A stretch of 64,000 nucleotides of DNA from Methanomicrobia archaeon (GCA_015661395.1 JACWML010000010.1:2499-66498); one strand, 5' to 3'. Counted from the stretch's first letter, positions 1-11,285 are shown. Notes: generated by a model not told the origin, from the letters alone. A program made the numbers and translations.

Positions 1-468
1 TATAAAATCGCCAAGGAAAAGATCGATATCGCGGAAATGGTCGAAGGCGTGATTGAAGTCTATTCAGCGGCGTTTGCTTTGAAGCATACGCCAGAAATCG
101 CGTTAACGAGCAGAAGTTTGATGGGAGTCACGGTTCCCGAAGTATCATTTACCGCGATTAGCCATAGCATAGATGAGCGCGGGTACGGCATAATAGGGAC
201 GTCATCGGCGATTGACGAAGCTGCAGCCGCATACGAGGAGCTGTTGGACAAGATTATACGTGCGGCTGAAGTCGAAACCGCAGTCAAGCGACTGCTTATG
301 GAAATTGAAAGGATTAAGCGTCGCGTAAACGCGCTTGAGTTTCGGGTTATCCCGGACTTAAAAGAGGCCGAGGCGTTCATCATGTTCAGGCTTGAAGAGA
401 TGGAACGCGAAAATATTTTCAGGCTTAAGAAAATCAAGAAAAAAGCGGCGAGTTCTGAAGCCGCGTGA
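1..468 (+). CDS. atpD: A/V-type ATP synthase subunit D, 5'-truncated by the window edge (last gene of the native archaeal operon)
   Basis: Frame is open from base 1; motifs RGYGIIGTS, KRRVNALEFRVIP and LEEMERENIFRLKKIK are typical of euryarchaeal AtpD. Confidence 0.95.
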   Translation, partial: YKIAKEKIDIAEMVEGVIEVYSAAFALKHTPEIALTSRSLMGVTVPEVSFTAISHSIDERGYGIIGTSSAIDEAAAAYEELLDKIIRAAEVETAVKRLLMEIERIKRRVNALEFRVIPDLKEAEAFIMFRLEEMERENIFRLKKIKKKAASSEAA

Positions 469-696
469 CACAGATCTTTTCGTCGTAACCAACGTATCTG
501 TGGCGGTCGCCTTTCTCTGAGACACCGCTGTGGGATATGTGGCCGACACACTGCGCATAACCACCGATCAAAGGAAAAAATGGGTCATGCTCTGTTCGCG
601 CGAACCGCCGCGGTGCTAGGTTCGATAGGCAGCTCTTAAGAATTGATTTCCAAAAAAGATATCTAAACGTAGCTAGAATACGATTAGGGTAGTGTT

Positions 697-1026
697 ATGC
701 CTGAAGCCCATGACGAGGAAGTTGGAAGACGGCTATTTCAAATACACAAGGAAAAAGCCGTTGAAGTTGCACTCGAAAAAATACGGCGAAAAATGCCGTC
801 TGAGTGGAAGTCATTCACTTCAACAGACATTGACGTGCTCAAGCACATCCTAGGTGAGGCGTGGGTCTGCATCAAGCGGAGCGATTGGGAGGGCATCTCT
901 TTCGCAAAGTTGACCCAGAAAGATTTACAGGTAATCATAGAAATCGCAAATCAAGTGAGTAGTAAGGAAAAACCGGAAAAAATAGCGGTTGATGAGGTTT
1001 GCTCTGCGATAATAACTAAGGAATAA
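697..1026 (+). CDS. Hypothetical helical protein between the two atpD genes
   Basis: 109-aa ORF with ATG start and protein-like composition; family not recognised. Confidence 0.7.
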   Translation: MPEAHDEEVGRRLFQIHKEKAVEVALEKIRRKMPSEWKSFTSTDIDVLKHILGEAWVCIKRSDWEGISFAKLTQKDLQVIIEIANQVSSKEKPEKIAVDEVCSAIITKE

Positions 1027-1085
1027 CCCTTCTTACCGGTCCCGAGAAGGCGTAACCCCGTCGTTTTTTTGCCAGTCGACGCAGG

Positions 1086-1775
1086 CTAGACGATCGGACT
1101 TACGCCGCGCCCATAAGAAGCAGCCGGCTGCTTTTTCTTTGTAGCCTTCCGTCTTCGTTCGAGGATCTTTTTTACCTTCTTCAGCCGGTACAAATCCTCC
1201 CTCTCCCGCTCTTCAATGGATATCTTGATGTATTTGGCTTGGCTTTTTAGCTCAGGTATGAGTACTTGTTCGAGGGCGTTTACGCGCCTTCTGTTCATTT
1301 GAATCTCGTCTCCGAGCCTGCGAAGAGATGTTTCAGTTTCTGCCAGCCCGATGATCAGATCTAGCTCCGCTTCATACCGCTCTGCCGTTTCGTCAATCCG
1401 GCCGCTCGTCCCTATCATACTGTAACCCCGTTCGAGGACGCTTTTTGTGACCGTTTTTCGCTCAACGAGAGGAACGGGAACCCCCATTATGTTTTTTCCC
1501 CGAATCTCAAGGGTCAGGGATCGTTTCGTTGCAAAAGAAGCGGATTTCAGAGCTGTAAGATCGTCGACGGCTTCGGCGACGCACAGCGAGCGCTGCGCGG
1601 CGACTGCTGCGGTCTCCAGTTCTTCTCGCGATTTGGAAACCGAGACCATAATGTGAAAAAACTCCTGAATGAGGGCGTCCATTTTTTCGCGCAAGAGGTC
1701 TCGTCCTTGCTCCGCTAGCTTTATTTGAGCCCTCTTCTTGATGAGTTCCATTCTGGTCGGATTAACTTGTTCCAC
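1086..1775 (-). CDS. atpD: V/A-type ATP synthase subunit D (second operon)
   Basis: VNPTRMEL N-terminus, [21 protein letters not shown]. Confidence 0.95.
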   Translation of the reverse strand: MEQVNPTRMELIKKRAQIKLAEQGRDLLREKMDALIQEFFHIMVSVSKSREELETAAVAAQRSLCVAEAVDDLTALKSASFATKRSLTLEIRGKNIMGVPVPLVERKTVTKSVLERGYSMIGTSGRIDETAERYEAELDLIIGLAETETSLRRLGDEIQMNRRRVNALEQVLIPELKSQAKYIKISIEEREREDLYRLKKVKKILERRRKATKKKQPAASYGRGVSPIV

Positions 1776-3174
1776 GTGATTTCCCCTTGTAGACCGGGTG
1801 GTATTTTTGAATGTAATCCAACTTGATTCGCTTGAGCTCTTCTTCGGGAAGCATTGAGAAGAGATCCCAAGCTATCGCGAAGGTGGTTTCGATATTTCGG
1901 TCTTCATCTCCTTGTGAGATGAATTTCCGCTCAAATTCGTCTGCGAACTCCAGATATTTCTTATCCAATTCAGTCAACGCTTCCTCCCCCACAATCGCTA
2001 CCAGTCGTCTCAAATCTCTGCCGTAGGCGTACGAAGCGTAGAGCTGATCTGCTACGTTCCGGTGATCTTCCCTGGTTTTTTCGGCTCCAATCCCTAGGTT
2101 CATCAGTCGAGACAAGCACGGGAGCGCGTCGATGGGAGGATCAACTCCTCTCCGGTACAGGTCTCTGCTCAACACGATTTGCCCTTCGGTAATATAGCCT
2201 GTCAAATCCGGCACAGGGTGGGTAATATCATCATCGGGCATAGTTAGGATCGGAATTTGGGTAATAGATCCGCTTTTTCCTTTAATCCGTCCTGCGCGTT
2301 CATAGATTGACGCGAGGTCCGTATACATGTATCCTGGGTAGCCTCGGCGGCCCGGAACCTCCTCGCGCGCGGTGGAGATCTCTCTCAAAGCCTCGCAGTA
2401 ATTCGTCATGTCAGTGAGAATAACTAGCACGTGCAGGTTGTGGGTATAAGCGAGGTATTCTGCAACGGACAAAGCGCACCGAGGTGTTGCGACGCGCTCA
2501 ATAGTCGGGTCGTCTGCCAAATTCATGAAGAATACCACGCGCTCGAGCGCCCCTGTCCGTTCGAAATCCGTCATGAAGAATGACGCATCTTTGTAAGTAA
2601 TGCCCATTGCAGCGAAAATGACCGCAAAGTTCTCTCCCTCGCCTAGCACTTTCGCCTGGCGCGCGATTTGAGCGGCTAACCTGTTTGCCGGCAAGCCGGA
2701 ACCAGAGAATATCGGCAGCTTTTGTCCACGAACTAGGGTGTTTAAGCCATCAATGGCGGACATTCCCGTTTGAATAAAGTCCGCCGGTTTGTCCCGTGCG
2801 TACGGATTTATTGGGGTCCCAGCGATATCCACGCTGTCCTCAGAAATGATGGCAGGGCCCCCATCTCTTGGGTTGCCAACGCCGTCGAAAATCCTTCCAA
2901 GCATGTCAAGAGAGACATCTATTTTCGGCGGTTCCCCTGTAAATCTGACCCGTGTTTCAAGGTCGTCTATGCCGCTAGTCCCCTCAAAGACTTGAATAAC
3001 TGCGAGCTCTCGAGAAACGTCTAGAACTTGACCAGTCCGTTCTTCGCCATTGGGAAGTGTAATCTTGGCAGTCTCTCCGAATGACACTCCTTTCACGTTC
3101 TCGGTGAATATCAACGGCCCAGACACATAGTTGATCGTTTTGTACTCTTTGGTGAGCAGACTAGGGGAGGTCAT
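1762..3174 (-). CDS. atpB: V/A-type ATP synthase subunit B
   Basis: [45 protein letters not shown]. Confidence 0.98.
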   Translation of the reverse strand: MTSPSLLTKEYKTINYVSGPLIFTENVKGVSFGETAKITLPNGEERTGQVLDVSRELAVIQVFEGTSGIDDLETRVRFTGEPPKIDVSLDMLGRIFDGVGNPRDGGPAIISEDSVDIAGTPINPYARDKPADFIQTGMSAIDGLNTLVRGQKLPIFSGSGLPANRLAAQIARQAKVLGEGENFAVIFAAMGITYKDASFFMTDFERTGALERVVFFMNLADDPTIERVATPRCALSVAEYLAYTHNLHVLVILTDMTNYCEALREISTAREEVPGRRGYPGYMYTDLASIYERAGRIKGKSGSITQIPILTMPDDDITHPVPDLTGYITEGQIVLSRDLYRRGVDPPIDALPCLSRLMNLGIGAEKTREDHRNVADQLYASYAYGRDLRRLVAIVGEEALTELDKKYLEFADEFERKFISQGDEDRNIETTFAIAWDLFSMLPEEELKRIKLDYIQKYHPVYKGKSRGTS

Positions 3175-4910
3175 TGTGCGACCTCCAGAGATGCGACACT
3201 TGTATCTATTTTGTCCAGGAGGCCTTTGATGGTGGCCACATCTTCTTGTTCCTTCATGCGCGCGATATCGGTTTTGACTGGCAAGTCAAGCAGTTGCTGG
3301 AGCGAAGCCCCTTTGCTCAGCGCATCGGTTATTGCATCGTGGAAGGTAAGGATTGCTTTCAACATCCAGTACTGCTTCTCAAGGGGGCAGAAAGAGTCGA
3401 CCTCGTCAAACGCGCTTTGTTGTAAGAAGTCCTCACGCACCATTCTCGTTACCTCTAAAATCGCCTTCTCGCTCTCTGGCAAGGCATCAGGGCCCACAAG
3501 TTGAACGATCTCCTGCAATTCGACCTCCTTTTGGAGAAGAAACATCGTTTTGTCTCGGAGCTCTCTCCAGTCGCGCGCGATGTTCTCTGCAAACCAGTCT
3601 TGGACGCTTTCTATGTAGAGACTATAGCTGTTGATCCAATTGACGGCCGGAAAATGTCTTCTGTACGCAAGGCTGGTATCCAAGGCCCAGAACGCGCCGG
3701 CTATCCGCAACGTGTTTTGTGTTATCGGTTCTGAGAAATCGCCTCCTGGTGGCGACACTGCCCCGACGACCGTGATAGATCCAGCTCGTCCATCAGAGCC
3801 CAAACAAACAACCCCGCCGGCACGTTCGTAAAAGGCGGCCAATCGTGTCGCGAGATAGGCGGGATATCCCTCCTCGCCAGGCATCTCTTCAAGCCGGCCT
3901 GAGACCTCCCTAAGCGCTTCTCCCCATCGTGAGGTCGAGTCTGCCATTAAAGCGACGTCATATCCCATGTCGCGGTAATATTCAGCCATTGTAATCCCTG
4001 TATAAATCGAGGCCTCCCTCGCTGCGACGGGCATGTTTGAGGTGTTCGCGATCATGATGGTTCTTTCGATCAAGGGTTGTTGGGTGCGAGGATCAACGAG
4101 CTCCGGAAACTCGGTAAGTACGTCAGTCATCTCGTTGCCTCGCTCCCCACAGCCGATGTACACTACAATCTGAGCATCTGCCCATTTGGCGAGCGTTTGT
4201 TCTGACACCGTCTTTCCGGTGCCGAATCCACCAGGAATCATGGCGGTGCCGCCTTTAGTCACGGGAAATATGCAATCAAAAATGCGTTGTCCCGTGAGCA
4301 AGGGTAACGTGGGGTCCAGCTTCTTGGCGTACGGCCTCCCGATTCGCACCGGCCATTTTTGCATCAGCGTTATGTTTGTATCGTTGTCTAAGGTACACAC
4401 CGTGTCTTCTACGGTGAATTCTCCGCTTTCTATTTTGGTTACCGTCCCAGAGACGTGAGGCGGAACCATAATCTTGTGTTCAATGTGGTACTCGTATACG
4501 CTGCCAACGACGTCTCCCGATTCGAGTGCATCACCTTTGTTCACTGAAGCGGTGAACTCCCACTTTCGGTCTCTGTCCACGCCAGGCACCGTGATACCTC
4601 GCGAAATGAAATCGCCGCTTTTTTCCATTAGTATCGGCAGAGGCCTCTGAATCCCGTCATATATGGACGAAATTATTCCGGGACCCAGCTCGACGCTCAG
4701 CGGACTCCCGGTATTCACCACCGTCTCTCCAACTTTTAGTCCTGAGGTGTCCTCATACACTTGAATGACGGCTTCATCTGCGTCTAATCGTATGATCTCG
4801 CCGTTAAGCTGCTCGTCACCGACTCGGACGACGTCGTACAATTTGGACCCTCTCATGTCGAGAGCGTAGACGACCGGGCCCGAAATCCGCGCGATGGATC
4901 CCTGCAACAT
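3171..4910 (-). CDS. atpA: V/A-type ATP synthase catalytic subunit A
   Basis: P-loop [27 protein letters not shown]; at 579 aa there is no room for an intein. Confidence 0.98.
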   Translation of the reverse strand: MLQGSIARISGPVVYALDMRGSKLYDVVRVGDEQLNGEIIRLDADEAVIQVYEDTSGLKVGETVVNTGSPLSVELGPGIISSIYDGIQRPLPILMEKSGDFISRGITVPGVDRDRKWEFTASVNKGDALESGDVVGSVYEYHIEHKIMVPPHVSGTVTKIESGEFTVEDTVCTLDNDTNITLMQKWPVRIGRPYAKKLDPTLPLLTGQRIFDCIFPVTKGGTAMIPGGFGTGKTVSEQTLAKWADAQIVVYIGCGERGNEMTDVLTEFPELVDPRTQQPLIERTIMIANTSNMPVAAREASIYTGITMAEYYRDMGYDVALMADSTSRWGEALREVSGRLEEMPGEEGYPAYLATRLAAFYERAGGVVCLGSDGRAGSITVVGAVSPPGGDFSEPITQNTLRIAGAFWALDTSLAYRRHFPAVNWINSYSLYIESVQDWFAENIARDWRELRDKTMFLLQKEVELQEIVQLVGPDALPESEKAILEVTRMVREDFLQQSAFDEVDSFCPLEKQYWMLKAILTFHDAITDALSKGASLQQLLDLPVKTDIARMKEQEDVATIKGLLDKIDTSVASLEVAQ

Positions 4911-4913
4911 GTC

Positions 4914-5234
4914 CTATCGCCTCACCACGATGTTGTACCCAATCGCCCTGCGCAGCATCCGTTCGATGTAGTCGGTGCGATCGATCTGTCTTGTTCTCGA
5001 AGGTATCGGAATGATTATTGGTCTGTGCAGCTTTTCGATTTTTTCCATGAGCTTATCGTCCAATGAAGCCATAAAATCCTCGTTCACCGCGACAATGCCG
5101 GTGTCATCCTTAAATAACAAAGGGGGGATTATGCTCATAGCCTCCGCTAAGGTAGCCACTTCGAGAACCTCGACTCCCGCCAGCCGAAAACCCGGTGCCG
5201 TTTCTGGGTCGGTTACGACTACAAATTTATACAA
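4914..5234 (-). CDS. atpF: V/A-type ATP synthase subunit F
   Basis: DPETAPGFRLAGV and C-terminal RRAIG motif; operon position. Confidence 0.95.
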   Translation of the reverse strand: MYKFVVVTDPETAPGFRLAGVEVLEVATLAEAMSIIPPLLFKDDTGIVAVNEDFMASLDDKLMEKIEKLHRPIIIPIPSRTRQIDRTDYIERMLRRAIGYNIVVRR

Positions 5235-6285
5235 AGACCAGTTCCTCCATCACTTCCTTTTCTGGCACGTACTCGGACTTGCACATCGCTATGATCCGGA
5301 TGTTGGTGATCTCGTTGAGCTTGGCCCACAAATAACCAATGACCAAGGCAAGACTTAGCGGATCGCCAGAGAACAAACTCAGGGCTTTTTGTAAGAGAAA
5401 CTTATCGAGCTCTTTTTCAAATGGGGATATCTTTTCTGCGGTGATGTACTGGTCCGGAAGCTGGGCGAGGAAGGCGTAAGAAGTGCCCGCCAATTGTTTG
5501 GTAACGCCGTCCATCGTTCGAGCTTTGCTTAAAGCCGAGAGCTTATCGACGTTTAACTCTTTTCCCCCGGAAATGAAGTAGTACTGGGGGTCCTCAAGTT
5601 CAACCTTGTCGCGAATGATCCGCAAAACGTTTTTTATGTTGGTCACGTCTATTTCCGTCCGCACTATCCCCCGAATGATCCCTTCATCGTAAGAATCACC
5701 AGCGACGGCGTCTAGAGCGTGGTTATAGTAAAACTTGTCGAGAGCATACTCCAACACAACGAGATCTCGCGTTTCGCTGAATTCCTTAAAATGTTGCGTT
5801 AACGGCCGTGAATATTCGATCCCCCACGTCGCAAGTAAGTCAATAACTGCTTTGACATCTGGTTGCTTAATCATCTCGGTGAGCGTCGCATCGCTAAGCG
5901 CTCCGGCAGGTGCAAGGCTCTCTGCGATCTCTTCAGGCACCTCTTGGATATTTTTCCCTCTCAAGATCGTCTTTATGTTTTGGATGTCCCATTTGTTCAG
6001 GAATATGTTAATAAGCGTTTCAGCGTCTTCGCCTTTCACAAAACTTAATATCAATCGAAAGGTCTTGCTGAGATTCCGCCGCAGCGCGTCTTCGACGCAC
6101 GCGAGACCGATATATTTGACACTCGCATCTTCTAGGTCTTGTCGGTACGGCGTGTTTTCTAACTCGTCGACAAAGGAGTTGATGTCCATTTTGGCCCCTA
6201 AGGCCTCGAGTTCTTTCCGCTCAAGGAGACGGCTTTTCATGCCCCTTATGCGCGCACCGATGTACTCGTAGTCCACCTTAGTCAC
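5227..6285 (-). CDS. atpC: V/A-type ATP synthase subunit C
   Basis: YIGARIRGMKSRLL N-terminus, KLNEITNIRII C-terminus. Confidence 0.95.
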   Translation of the reverse strand: MTKVDYEYIGARIRGMKSRLLERKELEALGAKMDINSFVDELENTPYRQDLEDASVKYIGLACVEDALRRNLSKTFRLILSFVKGEDAETLINIFLNKWDIQNIKTILRGKNIQEVPEEIAESLAPAGALSDATLTEMIKQPDVKAVIDLLATWGIEYSRPLTQHFKEFSETRDLVVLEYALDKFYYNHALDAVAGDSYDEGIIRGIVRTEIDVTNIKNVLRIIRDKVELEDPQYYFISGGKELNVDKLSALSKARTMDGVTKQLAGTSYAFLAQLPDQYITAEKISPFEKELDKFLLQKALSLFSGDPLSLALVIGYLWAKLNEITNIRIIAMCKSEYVPEKEVMEELVFV

Positions 6286-6862
6286 CGAATAGCGTGGAAA
6301 AGATCTCTCGTTTCAGGAGTTCTTTGGCATTGTTCAGTCTTGATTCAATCGTATTGGTTACGACCACCTTTCCGTCTTTGGTGCTGACGGCTAAACCTCC
6401 TGCGCTGGTCAAATCACCGACGATCTCGGAGTTCCGGCCTAGTTCATCTAACACCTGCCTGCATAGAGTTTCGTCCCGCGTATCGATATGAAGGCTTACC
6501 TTCTCTCCTTCGAGTTCGCGAACCGCTTCTTGGAGCATCTTCTTGAAATCTTCTTTGTAACTGGGGTTATCTCTAAAACTGTCTAAACTTTTTTTTGCGT
6601 CGAAAAACGCTCGATGTATGACTGCGTCCTTCTCTTTTATGATCCGCATTTTATTTTCGGCCTTGGCGTTGTAAATCAGTTTGTTTCGCTCTATCTCAGC
6701 CGATTTTTGTGCGTTCTCGCAGTGTGAGGCCTTAATCGCCTCAGCCTTTGCTTCTGCGCTTCTTTTTATTTCTGCGGCTTCTTGATGCGCCTTTTGTATC
6801 ATCTCTGTGATACCCTTTTCAGCGCTTACCCCCATCGACGCAATCAAATTTTCGTATGTCAT
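6278..6862 (-). CDS. atpE: V/A-type ATP synthase subunit E
   Basis: Coiled-coil N-half and GGLAVSTKDGKVVVTNTIESRL; likely start MTYENL at 6862 rather than the track start at 6952. Confidence 0.9.
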   Translation of the reverse strand: MTYENLIASMGVSAEKGITEMIQKAHQEAAEIKRSAEAKAEAIKASHCENAQKSAEIERNKLIYNAKAENKMRIIKEKDAVIHRAFFDAKKSLDSFRDNPSYKEDFKKMLQEAVRELEGEKVSLHIDTRDETLCRQVLDELGRNSEIVGDLTSAGGLAVSTKDGKVVVTNTIESRLNNAKELLKREIFSTLFGD

Positions 6863-7013
6863 TCGCCCCAACAGCCTTTTTTTCGGCTCTCCTTTGATGA
6901 GCAGTTTTTTTTGCGCGCTAGCGACTAGATTCCGATTGGTATTCTGAAACAACAGGAGATTTCATTGTAAACCCAGCAGTGTGCAGCGCCACCATTGAAA
7001 GGCCTAAGCGTCG

Positions 7014-7238
7014 TCACATCGTAGGCAGAACGAAAAGGATAATCGCAGCGACAACGAAGCCTAAAATGACTAAAGTTTCTGGAAGTGCCACAAACACGAG
7101 CGCTAAGCCGAATAATTCTGGTTTTTCTGCAATCACTCCTGCTCCTGCTGCACCGATTCTTGCCTGAGCTATCCCAGTTCCGAGTGCACCCAATCCAAAA
7201 GCTATTCCCGCACCAATCGCTATCGACCAATCGAGCAT
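7014..7238 (-). CDS. atpK: V/A-type ATP synthase proteolipid subunit K/c (single hairpin)
   Basis: Two hydrophobic helices, GTGIAQARIGAAG, ion-binding LPET motif; upstream AGGAG. Confidence 0.95.
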   Translation of the reverse strand: MLDWSIAIGAGIAFGLGALGTGIAQARIGAAGAGVIAEKPELFGLALVFVALPETLVILGFVVAAIILFVLPTM

Positions 7239-7469
7239 TTTTCCAACTCCTATGGTTTTTTTGTCAGCACCGCGTCTTACGGTAACATCGTGATCCCACG
7301 CGGATTTGCGACTTGGATCCCAATAATATTCTACTCGGTGGCGCGCTTGCTTGTCGCATATCTGCGTTCATGTCCTCCACCTTCGCAGAGAGGTTTGATG
7401 ACCTTTTTTTGCCCCCGCTCTACAGACGGCTTCGACGTCGTGCGCTGCATAAAAGCTACCTCCGGACTC

Positions 7470-9392
7470 TCACTTTGCCGTCCCCCGCTTGAAAGGATCG
7501 TACGATCTGCCCCCGCCCTCATAAAACTTTGAATAGAATTCTACGATATGTAGCCTGAGTGCTTGAATCGAGGGGCTAAACATACACAGGACGACATTTA
7601 ATCCGTGAAGCAACACCGCTACCAAAAGACCTACCAATACGATTCCCATTGAGCTTCCTAGCTCATTGGCTACAAGCGCGAGTACTACGGAAGCCATCCC
7701 TATTGCCATGAGTCTCGCGTACGAGAGGACGTTTGTAAACGTACTCATGACTTCTATTGCTCCGGCAATTCCGCCTCCATACATGACTAGCGGGAGTCCA
7801 ATGACGAGTAGAACTATGCCGGGCGCTACGAGTATAGAGGGAACCACTGCAACTATCGCGAGCAGAATCACTATGATGCTCGCCAAGGTGAGGATCATGC
7901 CAACCCTGGTACATACAAGCTTTTGATTGCTGCGTCTGCGCGCGTTCACCACCCCTATGCCGAGGCCAAAGAATACGTGAAATACCCCGATGGCGACCGT
8001 GAAAATGATCAGCGGCACGATAATTTTAATCCTATCTAATGTCACCCCATCTATCGTTACGGGCTGTATCCAGCCCATCATTTGCCCGAGATTTCCGAAG
8101 AACTCGCCATAGAGATAGCCAAAGAACATTGTGGGAATTGAGCAGATGATCAGGATGTTCATCAGTTGCTTGATTGTGGGACTGCGTTGTCCGTAGAACC
8201 ATCTCACCACCAGCGCAAACACGAGTATACAGATGCCGTACCCAATGTCGCCTACCATGAGGCCAAAGAAGAACGGGAAAAACAGCGCGAGCAGCAGTGT
8301 CGGCTCAATCTCGCCGGACCGTGGTGTACCTATCAAATTGCTGAGAGTCTCAAAGGGCTTGACAATTCGCGGATTGTCGTAACACGACGGCGCGTTGTAG
8401 TTCTCCTCTCGACTTACGCTAAGGTCGTTTACGATGACTCTGCCTTCAAATGCCTTTTTTAATGCATTTTTAGTGTTTGCGAGCTGCTTTTGTGGCACCC
8501 AACCAATCATAACGAAGGTGTAGTCTGTCTGCCCGAACTTGGTGAAAACACTGAGCTCTTCATTCCTGTCCTCAAGCACTTCTTTGAGCACGCTGAGCTT
8601 CGGGTACCAGTTCCTCGACAGTTCTACTAACTCCTCGTTGACGGCGCTCATTTCGACCGTTGATTTCTGCCGTTGTTCGTCGACTAATGTCAGAACCTGG
8701 TCAAATGGCTTATCCAGATATTCGGGCGGGAGTCGAACTTCATTCACATTTTGGGACCAAATAAATGAGTGGACCTGGTCAGAATACCTTTTATTAAACA
8801 CCGTCACCGCAGCCGTCGTCGCCTCGTCGACATCCGCTGACATGAGCTCAAATTGGTTGTGCGTGATCTCGACTAGCGCTGAGCGAACAATCTCGAGGAC
8901 ATCCTTAAATTCCCTTTGGATGAGAATTACGGTGACTTCAAACCCCTCTAAAATAGGAAGTTGAGCCTCCAAAGGCTGCAGCTTCTCAATAACTTCTTCG
9001 TAATGAGTGAGATTCGTAAGCGTAAATTCAATATCACTTTTTCGCGTAGCTAGCTCTTTGGTTACCGTCTCGAGCTCGCCGATAACCTGGTTTGCCTCGT
9101 CGACGAGCTCATCATCATTTTTCCACCGAAGTCCCTCATAGATTTGGGTCTTTAGCGCCTCGTTCACGGGCATCGTGGGGAGCAGGTGAAACATCCCGCT
9201 GACTTTGACTAACGCACCTGCGATGTCGATTTTTGGGCTCGCCTGCACGCGTCGCAGCATCGTATCTCCTGGGGCGATAGTCGTCGACGCGTCTTCTAAA
9301 TGAACCGTCCCTAGGTTGTACAGAAAATCAACCGTGCTGTGCAAGTCATCTTTTGGTCCAATGACCTGGATCTTGGTCATTTTCTGCAGCAT
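7470..9392 (-). CDS. atpI: V/A-type ATP synthase subunit I/a
   Basis: Soluble N-half, FFGLMVGDIGYG, LSYARLMA (stator Arg), LRLHIVEFYSKFY. Confidence 0.96.
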   Translation of the reverse strand: MLQKMTKIQVIGPKDDLHSTVDFLYNLGTVHLEDASTTIAPGDTMLRRVQASPKIDIAGALVKVSGMFHLLPTMPVNEALKTQIYEGLRWKNDDELVDEANQVIGELETVTKELATRKSDIEFTLTNLTHYEEVIEKLQPLEAQLPILEGFEVTVILIQREFKDVLEIVRSALVEITHNQFELMSADVDEATTAAVTVFNKRYSDQVHSFIWSQNVNEVRLPPEYLDKPFDQVLTLVDEQRQKSTVEMSAVNEELVELSRNWYPKLSVLKEVLEDRNEELSVFTKFGQTDYTFVMIGWVPQKQLANTKNALKKAFEGRVIVNDLSVSREENYNAPSCYDNPRIVKPFETLSNLIGTPRSGEIEPTLLLALFFPFFFGLMVGDIGYGICILVFALVVRWFYGQRSPTIKQLMNILIICSIPTMFFGYLYGEFFGNLGQMMGWIQPVTIDGVTLDRIKIIVPLIIFTVAIGVFHVFFGLGIGVVNARRRSNQKLVCTRVGMILTLASIIVILLAIVAVVPSILVAPGIVLLVIGLPLVMYGGGIAGAIEVMSTFTNVLSYARLMAIGMASVVLALVANELGSSMGIVLVGLLVAVLLHGLNVVLCMFSPSIQALRLHIVEFYSKFYEGGGRSYDPFKRGTAK

Positions 9393-9398
9393 ATCGAT

Positions 9399-9722
9399 CT
9401 ACTCCGGAGTCACCGCTTTCACTATTTTTTCTGCGGCCTTGGACAAGTTTTCCTCTCCGCTCTGTCTTGTCAGTTCTGCCTCTTCTGTGCCGAGCCGTTT
9501 CAGCTCTTCTACCTCATTAAGGACGCGCGCTAGTCTTTTTTTGGAGTACTCGTCAGCGGCTTGTGTTCCATCAGTTTCCGCCTTTTTCAAAATATCAGCG
9601 GCTTCCCTTTTAGCGTCTGTGATAATCTGCTCGGCGTCCCGCCGCGCCTGGTCCGCTTTTACGCTTAGTTCTACCTCTTTCCTTCGTATCTGCTGCAATA
9701 CCGACGGCTCTTCCTCAGCCAT
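9399..9722 (-). CDS. atpH: V/A-type ATP synthase subunit H/G (peripheral stalk)
   Basis: Charged coiled coil of 107 aa; first gene of the operon, 6 nt before atpI. Confidence 0.85.
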   Translation of the reverse strand: MAEEEPSVLQQIRRKEVELSVKADQARRDAEQIITDAKREAADILKKAETDGTQAADEYSKKRLARVLNEVEELKRLGTEEAELTRQSGEENLSKAAEKIVKAVTPE

Positions 9723-10339
9723 TTTTTGCTTCCATCGGAGTTTTGATTTTATAGCCCGCGGCGCGCTTTTAGCTGTGCAGCTATATCATGATCTGGAACG
9801 TGTCGTTCGAGCTTTTTTTGATCGCTATATTTCGTGTTTTCAGCTGCGCGCAAAACGCGCTCTCGACACCTGTCTACTGCTCCTTGTTTCAGTTTATCGA
9901 CTAGCTGTATAACACCGTTATCCACATTGTGTCACCAAGGTGTTACATTTTTATCAATATTAATTATGTAAATATAAGTTGGGGGACGATATATGTTACG
10001 GTGCAATATTGCTAAGAAAAAGCACCCTTTTTTTGCTTCTCTTAGACAATGAACGAAAAAAGAACCTTACGGGCCATTTTTTGTAATACTCTGCGAGGCG
10101 TATTCTCATACGAGAAAAGCGCTCGATACGGCTGGGGATGGACATGGTTGGTTGTAGCCAGTGTCTGCGCCACAATGCCAGAATTCCGCGGTTTTGAAGG
10201 TTAGCGCGGAGGCATTTGCAAACCTGCACGCGTGAAATCTAATGAAGGCGGTAAGTCTGCGCAACTCCTCTTTTGCAATCCACTCTCAGCACTGTCCAGC
10301 GTGCCCGAGCTTTTATGTACGGAGTTAGCATAATGACTC

Positions 10340-10765
10340 GTGGTGAGGATCGTGAAGCGACTCAAGGTTAGGGACGTGATCGAGCACAGACCGCAGACGA
10401 TTGATCCGAGTGCATCACTCCTTGAGGCGGCAAGGCGCATGGTAGAAGACGCAACAGACGCTTTCATTGTGTCGCCGCTTGAAAAGGATGAGCCATTCGG
10501 CATCATTACCCAGAGAGATATCGTCGATTTGTTCGCCGACGAGGTCGATATTGGCAAAGTGACGGTGGGAGAGATGGCCAGCAAGCCACTCTTCATCGTA
10601 TCTCCAGGAATGCCCATCCTGTACGCTGCTAAGATGTTTCGAAAAGCCGGGGTGAATCATCTGGCCGTCTTCAACGGACAAGAAATCCTCGGGATTATCT
10701 CGTGTGATGACGTCTTGGGAAGCCTTCCCAATTTGATGGAGCAGATCTACAGCGAGTTCGACTAG
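10340..10765 (+). CDS. CBS-pair domain protein
   Basis: Two CBS repeats (FGIITQRDI, LGIISCDDV). Confidence 0.9.
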   Translation: MVRIVKRLKVRDVIEHRPQTIDPSASLLEAARRMVEDATDAFIVSPLEKDEPFGIITQRDIVDLFADEVDIGKVTVGEMASKPLFIVSPGMPILYAAKMFRKAGVNHLAVFNGQEILGIISCDDVLGSLPNLMEQIYSEFD

Positions 10766-10982
10766 CCGTTTAGCCGACGGTGCCCGCACCGCGAGTGCGG
10801 TGCCTCTGCGCAGGGGGTTCGGCGAGGCGAAGTGCTTTAGGAATGCTTTTAGATTAAGATCCAATCTCGGTTTGACTCGCTTTTTTTCCAAAACTATTAA
10901 GTAGCTATCGTGTAATCATATTACGAAATAGCTTGATGTATAAGCATCTTTGGAGTCTATCTGTCGTATTGAGGCGATCATA

Positions 10983-11285
10983 ATGGCTGAACAACCCCCT
11001 AAGAAACCTGTATTTGAGGACTACGGTATCGATCCTGCGATCTCTGAGATTCAGAATTTCAAGGCTGAAATCGTGTTCGAGCTGAAGAAAGCTGAGGTGC
11101 CATTTCCGATAACGAGTCGCGAACAGCTGATGACCGTGTTTCCCAAGGGCTGGAGCATGCAGTGCTCGATGAAAGGTCAAAAAATAGAGCTTCACGAGTA
11201 CGTTTCCAAAATGAAGGCCGACGAGTTTCCTATCAGGACTGCCGGCGACGTTGCGGACAAGCTTGCGTCGTTTTGCACGATTTAG
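10983..11285 (+). CDS. MTH865-like family protein
   Basis: Repeated FPI motif (FPITSREQL ... EFPIRTAGDVAD), typical of this methanogen family. Confidence 0.7.
   Translation: MAEQPPKKPVFEDYGIDPAISEIQNFKAEIVFELKKAEVPFPITSREQLMTVFPKGWSMQCSMKGQKIELHEYVSKMKADEFPIRTAGDVADKLASFCTI

Noticed and set aside
60..551. Long antisense ORFs over atp, trp and ABC genes (this one as an example)
   Set aside because: Expected antisense shadows of genuine coding sequences; no independent motifs
7014..7238. Assigning Na+ specificity from the Q...ET motif of the proteolipid
   Set aside because: The same residues occur in proton-coupled Thermus-type c subunits, so the ion cannot be decided from this motif
10783..10835. 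GC hairpin (GCACCGC-GAGT-GCGGTGC) and GGGGGTTCGGCG, resembling the 5' end of archaeal SRP RNA
   Set aside because: The following sequence is AT-rich, has no recognisable helix-8 motif, and there is not enough intergenic room for a roughly 300-nt RNA
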